A stretch of 64,000 nucleotides of DNA from Candidatus Rifleibacteriota bacterium (GCA_028689875.1 JAQVCG010000001.1:3557-67556), one strand, 5' to 3'; shown: positions 42,390 through 52,521, numbered from the stretch's first letter. Translations and numbers: made by a program. The notes: generated from the sequence alone by a model not told the origin.

Positions 42390-44288
42390 TTACTTTTTGC
42401 CAACTCGCTCAATAATAAATCTTCTGTCTGAACTAATTCGCTCAGCTAAAGCCTTAAAATCACTGCTACGATACAAGTCGGCCACATCGTCTTTAATCTC
42501 GCAGTTTTCGTCTAAGGTAGTGATCCATTTAAGTGTGCCACCTCTTGTATCAAAAATAGAAATTCTGTCTTCTCGGCGCACAATGAGCCTTCCCATTACA
42601 ATATCATCTTGTTGCAAAAGTGGATATCCTTTCAGTTCCGGCTTTTTACCATTTACCAAAAAAGTTAGGCCGTTTTTTTCCGCTAATAAAGGGAAAAAGT
42701 CCTCGTGAGTCGTCGGTATATCAATGGTTTCTGCCCTTAATCCGCCACCAAAAGCAAAAGCCGGCACCTCATATTGCATTTTATGCGGTCCCGTAACATG
42801 CCCCATAAAGCCACCTTCACCAAAGGATTCTCCGTGCTCTCCCATAAACACGAACAATGTATCTAATAGAACTCCCCTTGCACCAAGCCGAGTAAAGAAA
42901 TCACCCAAAATTCTATCTAAATGAACTAACGAATTGTTATACCGATTTTTCAATTTGTTCATTTCATTACTATCTGCATTAGGATCTATAGAAAAAATAC
43001 TTATCGATTCATCTGCAACCGGCAAGAATTTTTCATCTTCATTTGGATAATAATAATTAAAGTGAGTGTTATATAAATATGCGCAAACAAACTTTTTACC
43101 CGGCAATTTTATTATATCTTCAAGTTTCTTTAAAACATCTTGGCTCATGCCGGATTTTCTTTCTGAAACAACTTTATGGTGATTCGCCCATTGCATAGCT
43201 AATGGTGCTTCTATTTCGGGCGTAATTAAATGACTTAAATAGCCGTTACTCCTCACAAATTTTCCCAGCTCACTATACTTTACGCCGGAGAACTGTGTCA
43301 TTATATTTAAAGGCAACGAAGCATTAAAAACACTGTGCATTGCAGTCAAAGAGCTATTTGACACTGACTGATGATTCTTAAAATTCAAGCCCTGTTTGGC
43401 ATAAGAAAGCATATTTGGCATTAAATAATTGAAATCACTCTTTCTTAAACTTTTAACTATCAAAAAAACCACATTTCTATCTTTAAACTCTTCACGCTTA
43501 ACAATAGAAATATCCGGATAACATCTGTCATAGTCTATTTGAAATGGCCCAGTGAGTAGTCCCTTTAAAGGTTCTGAATTTCTGAGTAAAGGGTGATCAG
43601 GCAAATTAAAAGCAGAAATAATCGAGCGCACCGACAAATATTTTTCAATACTGATATTTCCGCACGAAAAATCAAATAGCATATAAACACCAATAAGCAA
43701 AAATAATGAAATCACTAAGTTTCTGGCACTATTTTTTTTACACAGCTCAAATTGTTTTATATTCTTAATGCAAAACAAAAGCGGGAAAAAAGTTAGCATC
43801 AAGATACCTAAGACAACACCGAAACCGTCTTGTTCAAAATGCATTAACCCGGAAACGAAGTCGCCGCAAACCCTACTAATATATACCAAATGAGAAATAG
43901 AAATTAGATTTTTACTCACACCAAAAAATAAATATTCGGCATACAAAAAAACAAGCAGAAACGCATTGATCAAATATATAAATCGAGCAGCATTTTTACC
44001 ACAAAAGGATAAAATCATATCCTGGAAAGAAGCATATAATATCCAAAATACTATTGAAATGACAACAAGCCACTCAAAAAGTTCAAGCCCTGAAAACACA
44101 AAAAACAAAAATAAAAACACAGAAATAATTATTAAATACGATGTTAAGTTTTTAAAAACAGGTTTTTGAAAGCCGAACAAAAAAAAGACAAAAAACAAAC
44201 TTAAATAAATAGATTCGGGAGAAAAATGGGAAAACAAACCAAAACAGAGTTCGGTATAAACCTGCCCCACTATGGCTAATGCCAGCAA
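42390..44288 (-). CDS. Membrane-anchored sulfatase-fold (alkaline phosphatase superfamily) enzyme, LtaS/phosphoethanolamine-transferase-like
   Basis: 632 aa. About 7 N-terminal hydrophobic helices, then an extracytoplasmic domain with FVFMGEHGESFGEGGFMGH, the sulfatase-family metal/His block. The track start is a TTG, so the start is uncertain. Confidence 0.75.
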   Translation of the reverse strand: MLALAIVGQVYTELCFGLFSHFSPESIYLSLFFVFFLFGFQKPVFKNLTSYLIIISVFLFLFFVFSGLELFEWLVVISIVFWILYASFQDMILSFCGKNAARFIYLINAFLLVFLYAEYLFFGVSKNLISISHLVYISRVCGDFVSGLMHFEQDGFGVVLGILMLTFFPLLFCIKNIKQFELCKKNSARNLVISLFLLIGVYMLFDFSCGNISIEKYLSVRSIISAFNLPDHPLLRNSEPLKGLLTGPFQIDYDRCYPDISIVKREEFKDRNVVFLIVKSLRKSDFNYLMPNMLSYAKQGLNFKNHQSVSNSSLTAMHSVFNASLPLNIMTQFSGVKYSELGKFVRSNGYLSHLITPEIEAPLAMQWANHHKVVSERKSGMSQDVLKKLEDIIKLPGKKFVCAYLYNTHFNYYYPNEDEKFLPVADESISIFSIDPNADSNEMNKLKNRYNNSLVHLDRILGDFFTRLGARGVLLDTLFVFMGEHGESFGEGGFMGHVTGPHKMQYEVPAFAFGGGLRAETIDIPTTHEDFFPLLAEKNGLTFLVNGKKPELKGYPLLQQDDIVMGRLIVRREDRISIFDTRGGTLKWITTLDENCEIKDDVADLYRSSDFKALAERISSDRRFIIERVGKK

Positions 44289-44319
44289 AAGTAATCCTAC
44301 AATCTGAAATTTTACAGCA

Positions 44320-45039
44320 TTATTCAGATACAGCCTCTTTAGTAGTTGTATTATATGTTATTACGTTACCCTTCAATATACGAGGTTCTTTTTTACCTGT
44401 ATCAGGGTTAAGTTCTTTTACTTCCATATAGGCATTTCCGCTTAGAATAACCAAACCAAGCTTTTGGGCGTAATCAAGACGGTTCCCTTCTCCATAACTT
44501 TCATCATCTCGAAATTTTACGTTTCCGCTGAAAATAACTCTTTCGCTCTCTCTGAACGCTAATAAATCATCTGAAGTTATAACAGCCCAGGTAAAGGAAG
44601 CTAAATCCCAACTGCGTTCTTCAACTCTGACATATACAGAAGACGAAGCATTTAACTTTCCTTCTACATCATTTGCATATATGTTTTTTGCTTCCAGATT
44701 AAGTTCTTGGATAACTTTGCGCTCATCTATATTTTCTTTTCTGTAGACACGGGGCGTAATACTTGCAAGCATCCAACGGGGTTCATTGCTCACTATAGCT
44801 TTTCCGCACGTAAGAGTTTCGTTTTCTCGCTTCATGTTCACCGCGCCTTCTAAGAGAGCAATTCCGTCTTTCAAGCTCAATCTGTTTGCAGTTATAACGG
44901 TTTCAGGGGCAGTATCGGGAATATCAAAAGCACCTACCGGAGGCACAAAAGTTTCGGGTGGTACAGAATTAGACGAAGCATAAGCGGTCGCCAGACAAAA
45001 AAATGCTACAGCAAAAATCAAAGATATATAACGATTCAT
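44320..45039 (-). CDS. Periplasmic OstA/LptA-like protein (tentative)
   Basis: 239 aa. Signal peptide LIFAVAFFCLATAYA. Repeated beta-jellyroll-like segments ITANRLSLKDGIALLEGAVNM and VIFSGNVKFRDDESYGEGNRLDY...LVILSGNAYM are reminiscent of OstA_N/LptA. Confidence 0.5.
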   Translation of the reverse strand: MNRYISLIFAVAFFCLATAYASSNSVPPETFVPPVGAFDIPDTAPETVITANRLSLKDGIALLEGAVNMKRENETLTCGKAIVSNEPRWMLASITPRVYRKENIDERKVIQELNLEAKNIYANDVEGKLNASSSVYVRVEERSWDLASFTWAVITSDDLLAFRESERVIFSGNVKFRDDESYGEGNRLDYAQKLGLVILSGNAYMEVKELNPDTGKKEPRILKGNVITYNTTTKEAVSE

Positions 45040-45163
45040 TATAGTTTGAGTATAACATTTTTATACATATTTGTACACAAAAACAAAAAAAACAATATTT
45101 CTGTTGTTTGCTTTATTTATATATGTTATTTTTAATCAGAATAAAAAATCGGAGGAAACAATT

Positions 45164-45583
45164 ATGTGGCCTAGATGGGTTCGCCTTATTTCAACATTGT
45201 GGGTTGCCTTTGACAGTAAAAAACGCAAAAGCGTTGATTATTTGTGGGTTCTTATTATACTTCTTCTCGGGCCGTTGCTCCTTCCTGTTTACATTGCCAC
45301 ACGCCCGCTTTTAAAAAATGAGAAGCGTCCTGACTGCCTCATCTGGAACATAATCGTTGCAGTTGAAAACATTGCTCTGTGGTTAGTTGGTCTTGCAACT
45401 GCAGCAGTTTTCGTAGAAAATGTTACCATGCCCAAAAGCAAAGATGTCGCAGAAGTTAAACGAGCTGAAATTAAAGTCGGAAGTTTTCTTGGCTTAATTT
45501 TATTTGTCATCTTAGCCGGACTGGAAAAAACCGGTTTTGAAGCTCTTAAATCATACATTGAAAAGAAATATTTCAACATCTAA
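45164..45583 (+). CDS. Small membrane protein with a PLD-N-terminal-like (PLDc_N) motif
   Basis: Start at ATG 45164 (GGAGG SD 45151..45155). WVLIILLLGPLLLPVYIATRP resembles the PLDc_N motif. 3-4 TM helices. Confidence 0.5.
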   Translation: MWPRWVRLISTLWVAFDSKKRKSVDYLWVLIILLLGPLLLPVYIATRPLLKNEKRPDCLIWNIIVAVENIALWLVGLATAAVFVENVTMPKSKDVAEVKRAEIKVGSFLGLILFVILAGLEKTGFEALKSYIEKKYFNI

Positions 45584-46616
45584 ATTTAGAACAACGGCAT
45601 TGTTGCTTATATACTTGGTGACTGCCGTTGTTTTTGCGTACGCTAAAGTGCCTGCCCGAGGCCCTGTTCAAAGCTCAGACGGTCCGGGAAGCACTTTTTA
45701 TGTTCACGAATCAATAACCCACTGGGAATCAGATAAAAATCACGAAAAGTATCACGTTTTCGAACCGGACTCACCTAGCGTAGAAAAAGCCGGTTTTGTA
45801 TTAATGATACACGACAGAATGACGCCCAACCCCGAATTTTACATGGGACAGATAAGGCATCTGTGCAGAAAAGGCTGGATAGTTCTTTTTCCTTTATATC
45901 AAGGCACAAACCAATTTGAACGACATTACATGTTTAACGTAATCAGATCAACGAAAGATTTTATGCTCAAAATTTTTGCGCGGGGCAAAATCGAACTAGA
46001 CAGGGAAAAATTTGCAATAACGGGTGTTGGCTGCGGAGCAGTTTTAGCTGTAAATACAGCCGCTTGCGCTGATTATTTTGGTTTGCCTAAACCGCTTGCA
46101 ATTATGTCTGTCATGCCTGAATATGGTTTTTTCAAGCTCTTAGACTTAACGGGAATCAGCCGCGACTCAAAACTTTTGGTTATATCAGGAGACAGAGCGG
46201 CTCCACAAAACGCACAACTGGCACACGACATTTTTTATACCGCTGACAGAGTTAAAATTAAAAATAAAGCCTTAGTTTATGTTTTATCTGACTATTACGG
46301 GCAGCCACCCCTGATTGCTGATCAAATCAGTCCCCTATCGCCCGAAAACCCTGATTACGAAAGATTTTTAGTTGCGAATCGAAACACATACATAAAAGAT
46401 TACAAAGACAAATTCAGCGCGACATACACTCAGAGCAAACCTATAGATGCTTATGACTGGAAAGTAACATACCGCATGTTTGACGTGTTATCTGACTTGG
46501 TATTTACTCATAACACAGACCTGACACATTTAAAAAAGTCTAAAGATTTGAAAAACATGGGATACTGGTCAGACGGAAAAAAGTTGAAAAATCTGATCAT
46601 TACTGACAGACCGTAA
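45537..46616 (+). CDS. Membrane-anchored hypothetical protein (possible alpha/beta-hydrolase fold)
   Basis: 359-aa ORF. TTG start overlaps the upstream gene by 47 nt, so the start is uncertain. N-terminal anchor TTALLLIYLVTAVVFAYA. No canonical catalytic motif confirmed. Confidence 0.45.
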   Translation: MKLLNHTLKRNISTSKFRTTALLLIYLVTAVVFAYAKVPARGPVQSSDGPGSTFYVHESITHWESDKNHEKYHVFEPDSPSVEKAGFVLMIHDRMTPNPEFYMGQIRHLCRKGWIVLFPLYQGTNQFERHYMFNVIRSTKDFMLKIFARGKIELDREKFAITGVGCGAVLAVNTAACADYFGLPKPLAIMSVMPEYGFFKLLDLTGISRDSKLLVISGDRAAPQNAQLAHDIFYTADRVKIKNKALVYVLSDYYGQPPLIADQISPLSPENPDYERFLVANRNTYIKDYKDKFSATYTQSKPIDAYDWKVTYRMFDVLSDLVFTHNTDLTHLKKSKDLKNMGYWSDGKKLKNLIITDRP

Positions 46617-46633
46617 ATTTTTAGTTAAGAAGC

Positions 46634-47512
46634 CTATCTTTTTAAGAGCATTTGCTTAAAGCTGCTCTCGCTGACATTACCCCATATCGGAGCCAGTAAA
46701 TAATTTAGAGGCGCTCTGTTAATTAAACGCTCAATGTACACACCATTATTTAAAAATGTGAGAAATTCACACAATGTATCAAGATAAGATTCTACCGTGT
46801 GCAGTTTACCGTTAAAATTGCCGTTTTTATACGCTTGCTCAAGCATGCTACCCCTAACAATTTGCAAATGATGTAATTTAACAAACTTTATTCCAAGCTC
46901 TGACACAATTCCTGCGTTTGTTTTAGCACAGTCTTCTTTTTCGAGAGGCAATCCGAATATCAGATGCACACAGGTTTCTATTTGAGCTTCTTTTAATATT
47001 TTTACCGCATCATAAACGGTTTTAACATCATGGTGCCTGTTAATTTCCGACAAAACATTGTCGTCAAAAGACTCTACACCTAATTCAACTCTTATGTAAG
47101 TTTTGCGATTTAAAGTTTTTAATAAGTCGACAATATTTTCGTTTATACAATCGGGACGGGTTGCTATGATTAACCCCTCTATAAAGGGTAAACTCAACGC
47201 CTCAGAATATTTTGTGTGCAAATTTTGAACAGAGTCATATGTATTAGAATAAGACTGAAAATACGCCCAAAAGCGGCTACAACTATAGCGTTTAGCATAA
47301 AACGCAGCACCCTTTTCAAGCTGCTCAATAATTGAACAGCTTTTTGAGGTGTAAAAAGGCGAAAAACTGTCGTTATTACAATATGAGCACCCATCAACAC
47401 TTAAAGTGCCATCGCGATTTGGGCATGAAAAACCTGCATTTACGGGTATCTTTTGAATTCTTACACCGTATTTTTCTCGGTAATAATCAGAGGCGCTATT
47501 AAAATATGGCAT
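46634..47512 (-). CDS. Radical SAM protein, TIGR01212 (YhcC-like) family
   Basis: IQKIPVNAGFSCPNRDGTLSVDGCSYCNN is the family-typical CPNRDG...C..C cluster motif. Preferred start is ATG 47512, which overlaps the upstream stop (TGATG). The track start 47515 is a TTG. Confidence 0.85.
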   Translation of the reverse strand: MPYFNSASDYYREKYGVRIQKIPVNAGFSCPNRDGTLSVDGCSYCNNDSFSPFYTSKSCSIIEQLEKGAAFYAKRYSCSRFWAYFQSYSNTYDSVQNLHTKYSEALSLPFIEGLIIATRPDCINENIVDLLKTLNRKTYIRVELGVESFDDNVLSEINRHHDVKTVYDAVKILKEAQIETCVHLIFGLPLEKEDCAKTNAGIVSELGIKFVKLHHLQIVRGSMLEQAYKNGNFNGKLHTVESYLDTLCEFLTFLNNGVYIERLINRAPLNYLLAPIWGNVSESSFKQMLLKR

Positions 47513-48162
47513 CAAAGCCCTACCGATATTTCTGCTGTTCCCGTTGCAGTCTTGAGTTCGGCTTCAGGAAAGCTTGGCAAGAGAGGTTTTTTAATTCCTA
47601 ATTCTTCAGGTTTTTTATGCTGAGTAAATGAAACGGCAGAATTGAAATAGTGCTCGACTATTGTTCTTTCGCCTGCTTTAAATGAAACGTAAGGAAAAAC
47701 AGCTCTTTTAGTGCTTTTAAGAAGACCACCCAATCTTTTAAACCTGAGTTCAAATTCAATTCTTTTTACCCCTTGCGAAACCTTTTCGAAATGTTTTTCA
47801 TAAATGCAGGTGTAAAGGCTTCCGAGGCCGGTGTTCCACTCTTGCTTAATTTCAGATTTTCTATGTTGCATGTCAGATATTTCAATGTTTCCCTGATATT
47901 TACCGTTAACATAGATTTTTGCGTATGGATATAGATCTTCAGGCTTGTCGCCTGTGTACATAAGCTTTACATGCAAAGACGCAAATTCGATGTTTTTCTG
48001 GGTTTTATTATCGTCAGTAAGCGAAGTATTACAATTTTCGCAGCTCATAGCGAGTTGAGAATAAGCTTCTGCACCGCATTTTGGACAAATTCTTGCCTTT
48101 TGAGCTAAACAGCAAGAGGTTATTACCAGCATAAATATAAGGGTCAGAGCTTTAATTTTCAT
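47512..48162 (-). CDS. Putative lipoprotein with an N-terminal zinc-ribbon-like CxxC...CxxC motif; unknown function
   Basis: 216 aa. Signal/lipobox LIFMLVITSC. CPKCGAEAYSQLAMSCENCN. The remainder is beta-rich. Confidence 0.6.
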   Translation of the reverse strand: MKIKALTLIFMLVITSCCLAQKARICPKCGAEAYSQLAMSCENCNTSLTDDNKTQKNIEFASLHVKLMYTGDKPEDLYPYAKIYVNGKYQGNIEISDMQHRKSEIKQEWNTGLGSLYTCIYEKHFEKVSQGVKRIEFELRFKRLGGLLKSTKRAVFPYVSFKAGERTIVEHYFNSAVSFTQHKKPEELGIKKPLLPSFPEAELKTATGTAEISVGL

Positions 48163-48402
48163 TTTACAAATATATCACAAAAAGGAAGAAATTTGCGATA
48201 CAGAGTTAAAAATAGCTGAAATAATGCCGAAATCTTTATTAAAATGATGAATTTTTGCACATTTCATTTTTTTGTGTAAAAATCCCCAAATGGGTGTAAC
48301 CCGCACCATAAAAGATTTAAAAGGAAGGCAGCAAGACAACACAACAAATGGCATACTTTTTGCTTATTAATAAATATGAAAACATTATTCGGAAAAAACA
48401 TT

Positions 48403-48624
48403 ATGCGAGCTAAAATTATAATAATAGTAATTATTATGGTTTCGCTTTGTTCATGCATTTCAATGTCAAAAGAACTAAGCGCACAAAAAGTTTTACGCAT
48501 TTTTGCTTCAATGTATGCCCCGTCACAACAAAGCCAACCCACCGTCATGTCTTTCGGCGATGAGCATTTAACAACCGAAGGAATCGTTGATGACACATTA
48601 ACTGGGCAAAAGATTTACAAATAA
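48403..48624 (+). CDS. Possible small lipoprotein (73 aa)
   Basis: MRAKIIIIVIIMVSLCSC gives a signal peptide plus a lipobox-like LCSC. There is no clear SD and an antisense ORF of similar size exists, so support is weak. Confidence 0.3.
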   Translation: MRAKIIIIVIIMVSLCSCISMSKELSAQKVLRIFASMYAPSQQSQPTVMSFGDEHLTTEGIVDDTLTGQKIYK

Positions 48625-48641
48625 CAAAACGCTGTCCGTTG

Positions 48642-48670
48642 TTTAAATATGCATATTTATGTGCTATAAT
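48642..48670 (+). promoter_or_regulatory. Candidate promoter of cmoA-cmoB
   Basis: TTTAAA (48642..48647), 17-nt spacer, extended -10 TGcTATAAT (48662..48670). 25 nt upstream of the cmoA ATG. Confidence 0.45.
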
Positions 48671-48694
48671 CGCAAAAAACAACAAGGACGGCAC

Positions 48695-49426
48695 ATGAAC
48701 AACGTTACAGACAGAATTTTTGCAGATATAATACAAAAGCCCGCTGATTTTATTTTTGATGAGCGGGTTGCGTCTGTTTTTCCAGACATGGTTAAGCGCT
48801 CCATACCGGGGTATCCTGCCATTATTGACATGATTGAAACCTTAACGGCACGTTATGCACAGCCTGAAACAAATCTATATGACTTAGGCTGTTCATTAGG
48901 AGCGGCATCTTTTGCAATGCTTAACGGTCTAAAAAAAGAAAGATGCAAAATCATTGGAATCGACAGCTCTTCAGCCATGATCGAAAAATGCAAAAAAATT
49001 CCTATAAAAAGTAGTGCGCCGGCCGAAATTGAATTTTATTGCGCCGATGTAAATAACTTTGATTACACTAATGCTTCGGTAATAATTCTCAATTTTACCC
49101 TTCAATTTATTGAGCCAAAGCTCAGAGATGATCTTTTGTTAAAGCTGGCTTCAGCACTAAGGCCGGGCGGCATTCTTATTTTATCTGAAAAAGTAAAATT
49201 TGATGATGAAGAAGTTAATGAGCTATTAATCGACGTATATCATGCATTTAAAAAAGCAAACGGATACAGCGACCTGGAGATCAGCCAAAAGCGCACCGCA
49301 CTCGAAAACGTATTGAAACCTGAAACCATAGAAACACACTTAAACAGACTATTAAAAGCAGGCTTTAAAACAGCCGAAGTATGGTTTCAATGCTTTAACT
49401 TTAGTTCTATGATAGCCATAAAATAA
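48695..49426 (+). CDS. cmoA: Carboxy-S-adenosyl-L-methionine synthase
   Basis: Near-collinear with E. coli CmoA as I remember it: FDERVASVFPDMVKRSIPGY, YDLGCSLGAA, NFTLQFIEP, LSEKVKFDD, ANGYSDLEISQKRTALENV, VWFQCFNFSSMIA. Start ATG 48695 rather than the track's 48659. Confidence 0.95.
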   Translation: MNNVTDRIFADIIQKPADFIFDERVASVFPDMVKRSIPGYPAIIDMIETLTARYAQPETNLYDLGCSLGAASFAMLNGLKKERCKIIGIDSSSAMIEKCKKIPIKSSAPAEIEFYCADVNNFDYTNASVIILNFTLQFIEPKLRDDLLLKLASALRPGGILILSEKVKFDDEEVNELLIDVYHAFKKANGYSDLEISQKRTALENVLKPETIETHLNRLLKAGFKTAEVWFQCFNFSSMIAIK

Positions 49427-49431
49427 TTAAA

Positions 49432-50400
49432 ATGATAGATTTCAGCAATTTTTATAATTACCTTGATAAATGTCAAATGAAAGAATGGGTCCAACCCCTT
49501 AGACAGGCGCTTGAGATTGCTATGAGCAAACCTGACGGGAACCTGCCGCATTGGAAAGCAGCCTTAGCAGAGTTGCCCGAAATTGAGCATTGTAGTTTGC
49601 TCAAAAATAACGATGCAATTTCCGTTACAACTGAAACTCAACTTAACCCCGAAACCATTGAGAGCCTAAAAGCAGCTTTATTAAAACTCAAGCCTTGGCG
49701 CAAAGGCCCCTTTAATCTGCTCGGCTGTTTCATAGACAGCGAATGGCGCTCAAACATAAAATGGCGCAGAGTTGCGCAACATATTTCCCCTCTAAAAAAC
49801 AAAAAAATTCTTGATGTGGGGTGCGGCAACGGGTATTACCTTTTCAGAATGGCTGAACAAGAACCGGCTATTGCACTCGGGATTGACCCCTCGTCATTAT
49901 TTTGGGCACAGTTTGAAGCCATAAAAAAGTATGGAAAATGCGAAAATGCATTTTTGCTGCCTATAGGCTTTGAAGCATTGCCTGAAAACATGAAAGCATT
50001 TGATACGGTTTTTTCTATGGGAGTTTTTTATCACAGGCGAGCGCCGTTTGATTTTTTGCGAAGTCTAAAAATGCTTTTAAAGGAAGGCGGCGAGCTTGTA
50101 TTAGAAACGCTTGTTATTGAGGGTGATGAAAGCACGGTTTTAGTGCCCCCTGACCGTTATGCAGGCATGAGAAACGTTTGGTTTATTCCTTCGGTAAAGG
50201 CTATGATTAACTGGCTCAAAAAATCCGGGTTTAAAGATATTAAATGCGTAGATTTGTATAAAACAGACATAAATGAGCAGCGAGCCACTGAATGGATGTC
50301 CGGAGAGTCGCTAATAGACTGGCTCGACAAAAGAGATTTCAACTTAACATGCGAAGGATTGCCTGCTCCTGTAAGAGCGGTTTTCGTATGCAACAATTGA
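49432..50400 (+). CDS. cmoB: tRNA U34 carboxymethyltransferase
   Basis: MIDFSNFY..., KPWRKGPFNL, IDSEWRSNIKW, ILDVGCGNGY, FDTVFSMGVFYHRRAPFD, GELVLETLVIEGDESTVLVPPDRYAGMRNVWFIPS. Matches E. coli CmoB blocks. Confidence 0.95.
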   Translation: MIDFSNFYNYLDKCQMKEWVQPLRQALEIAMSKPDGNLPHWKAALAELPEIEHCSLLKNNDAISVTTETQLNPETIESLKAALLKLKPWRKGPFNLLGCFIDSEWRSNIKWRRVAQHISPLKNKKILDVGCGNGYYLFRMAEQEPAIALGIDPSSLFWAQFEAIKKYGKCENAFLLPIGFEALPENMKAFDTVFSMGVFYHRRAPFDFLRSLKMLLKEGGELVLETLVIEGDESTVLVPPDRYAGMRNVWFIPSVKAMINWLKKSGFKDIKCVDLYKTDINEQRATEWMSGESLIDWLDKRDFNLTCEGLPAPVRAVFVCNN

Positions 50401-50475
50401 AGTTTTCTTTAATTTAATGTTTTCATGCCGATATAAACTGTGTTAGTATTTAGTTGACGTGGGGGAGGTCATATA

Positions 50476-51426
50476 ATGAAAAAAACAATTGCTTTTATTT
50501 TGTTATGTTGTGTGTGTGCGGTATTTACTACAGGCTGTGAAAACACCAAGCTAAGCAGAAAAGAATACACATTGGCCACAGGCAGCCGTTCAGGGGTTTA
50601 TTATCCGATCGGCGAAACTTTAGCCCAGATACTAAAAGAAGAGTTTCCTGACGTAACTCTAAAAGTCATAGAAACAGACGGAAGTGTCGAAAACCTACAG
50701 CTCATAAAAGCAAAGAAAGTTGATTTGGCTTTGGTCCAAAACGACATTGCACATTATGCGGTTAACGGTGAAGCGATGTTTGCAGGCGAAAAAATAACCA
50801 ATGTAAGCGGTATTGCAACACTTTTTCCTGAAATAGTTCAGTTTGTTGTGAGAAAAGACAGCGGTATAAATATTCTTGAAGACCTGTCAGGACACAAAAT
50901 AGCGGTTGGCAGTAAAGACAGCGGCACTTTTTATAATGCGCAGCAGATACTTTCGACTGCAGGCGTATGGAACAACATTTCGCATCAATACATAAATGCT
51001 GCTGAAGCCATGCAAGAACTTCATGCGGGCAATATTGATGGTTTTGTTTTTACCAGCGGGTTGCCGAATCCTTCAATAATCGAATTGGGAAAGAAAACAG
51101 AGATCAAACTGTTGCCAATTTCAGGCGAACTAACACAAAAGCTTATAAATAGTTATTCATTTTACTATCCCTCGATGGTTGGAATGTATCAGTATCCCGG
51201 TCAGGCGGAAGAATTCCCGGCTTTAGAGATTAATGCAATTGTAGTATCAAGCGAAAATCTGAACGAAAATGACCAGTATTTGCTCACAAAGCACCTCTTC
51301 GGAAAACCTAATGAGCTTGGCAAAAACCACCCAAGATTAAGCAAAATGACAAAAGCCAGTTTAAGACACCAGCTTTCTGTAAAACTAGGTTCAGGAGCAT
51401 TCAGAGCCCATTCTGAAATTAAATAA
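50476..51426 (+). CDS. TAXI-family TRAP-type solute-binding lipoprotein
   Basis: 316 aa. Lipobox [48 protein letters not shown] and [10 protein letters not shown] are typical of TIGR02122 TAXI receptors. GGGGGAGG SD. Confidence 0.8.
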   Translation: MKKTIAFILLCCVCAVFTTGCENTKLSRKEYTLATGSRSGVYYPIGETLAQILKEEFPDVTLKVIETDGSVENLQLIKAKKVDLALVQNDIAHYAVNGEAMFAGEKITNVSGIATLFPEIVQFVVRKDSGINILEDLSGHKIAVGSKDSGTFYNAQQILSTAGVWNNISHQYINAAEAMQELHAGNIDGFVFTSGLPNPSIIELGKKTEIKLLPISGELTQKLINSYSFYYPSMVGMYQYPGQAEEFPALEINAIVVSSENLNENDQYLLTKHLFGKPNELGKNHPRLSKMTKASLRHQLSVKLGSGAFRAHSEIK

Positions 51427-51435
51427 TAAATATCA

Positions 51436-52521
51436 ATGACAACAAATAACACTGTAAAAAAAATTCGCGTAGCAGTTATTTTTGGTGGAATGTCGGGCGA
51501 ACATGAAGTTTCGTTAATTTCTGCGGCTTCGGTCATCAAAGCCCTAGACCCTGACAAATACGAGATTGTCAAAATCGGCATTACTAAACGAGGCCATTGG
51601 GCGATAGGTGCCGAGATCGACGAAATGGAATCGCTCAATGAAAAGTGCGTTGAACCTAAATTTGGGCTAGACGAATTGATTGAGCTAAAGCCTGATATGG
51701 TTTTTCCGGTATTACACGGAACATATGGTGAAGACGGCACAATTCAGGGAATGTTTGAAATGGCAAATTTGCCATACGTGGGATGTGGGGTATTGTCCTC
51801 TGCCCTAGGCATGGACAAAGCAGTAGCAAAAAAGCTTTTTGAAAAAGCAGGCCTAAACACTGCTCCTTGCATTGAATTAAGAAGAAGCGAATGGCGAAAT
51901 TATCAAGATAATATCATTCAACAAGTAGAAACCAAACTAAGATACCCGTGTTTTGTAAAGCCGGCTAATTCAGGGTCTTCTGTGGGCATAAACAAAGCAA
52001 AAAATCGCGAAATGCTAATTGCACATATTAATGAAGCCACAAGATATGACCGCAAAGTATTAGTTGAAGCATACGTTAACGGCCGCGAAATCGAGGTTTC
52101 CGTATTAGGCAACGATAAACCGAAAGCTTCATTGCCCGGTGAAGTTACTCCATGCAATGAGTTTTATGATTATTCAGCAAAATATATAGATAACAAGTCG
52201 GGGCTTAACATACCGGCTGATGTTTCTCCGGAATTAACAGAAAAATTTAGAGAAAGCGCCGTTATAGCTTATAAAGCCCTAGATTGTGCAGGAATGGCAA
52301 GAGTCGACTTCTTTCTTGAAAAAATCACAAACAAAATAATCATAAATGAAATAAACACAATTCCTGGCTTTACCGGTATTAGTATGTATCCCAAACTCTG
52401 GGAAGCAAGCGGTTTAAAATACGGGGATTTAGTGGATTCTTTAATAGAATTGGCACTTGAAAGATTTAGAGACAAACAAGAATCTCTTGAAGGCATTTTT
52501 AACACAAAACAAAAGAAATAG
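51436..52521 (+). CDS. ddl: D-alanine--D-alanine ligase
   Basis: 361 aa. [70 protein letters not shown]. Confidence 0.95.
   Translation: MTTNNTVKKIRVAVIFGGMSGEHEVSLISAASVIKALDPDKYEIVKIGITKRGHWAIGAEIDEMESLNEKCVEPKFGLDELIELKPDMVFPVLHGTYGEDGTIQGMFEMANLPYVGCGVLSSALGMDKAVAKKLFEKAGLNTAPCIELRRSEWRNYQDNIIQQVETKLRYPCFVKPANSGSSVGINKAKNREMLIAHINEATRYDRKVLVEAYVNGREIEVSVLGNDKPKASLPGEVTPCNEFYDYSAKYIDNKSGLNIPADVSPELTEKFRESAVIAYKALDCAGMARVDFFLEKITNKIIINEINTIPGFTGISMYPKLWEASGLKYGDLVDSLIELALERFRDKQESLEGIFNTKQKK

Noticed and set aside
46019-46042. GVGCGA in 45537..46616 as a Cys-type nucleophile elbow (dienelactone-hydrolase-like G-x-C-x-G).
   Set aside because: The spacing does not fit Sm-x-Nu-x-Sm (position -2 is Val), and I could not identify the Asp/His partners. 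The gene stays hypothetical.
48264-48596. 110-aa minus-strand ORF in the cmoA upstream spacer.
   Set aside because: It has no SD, no signal or domain features, a Cys/Leu-rich odd composition, and it overlaps the slightly more plausible plus-strand lipoprotein ORF.
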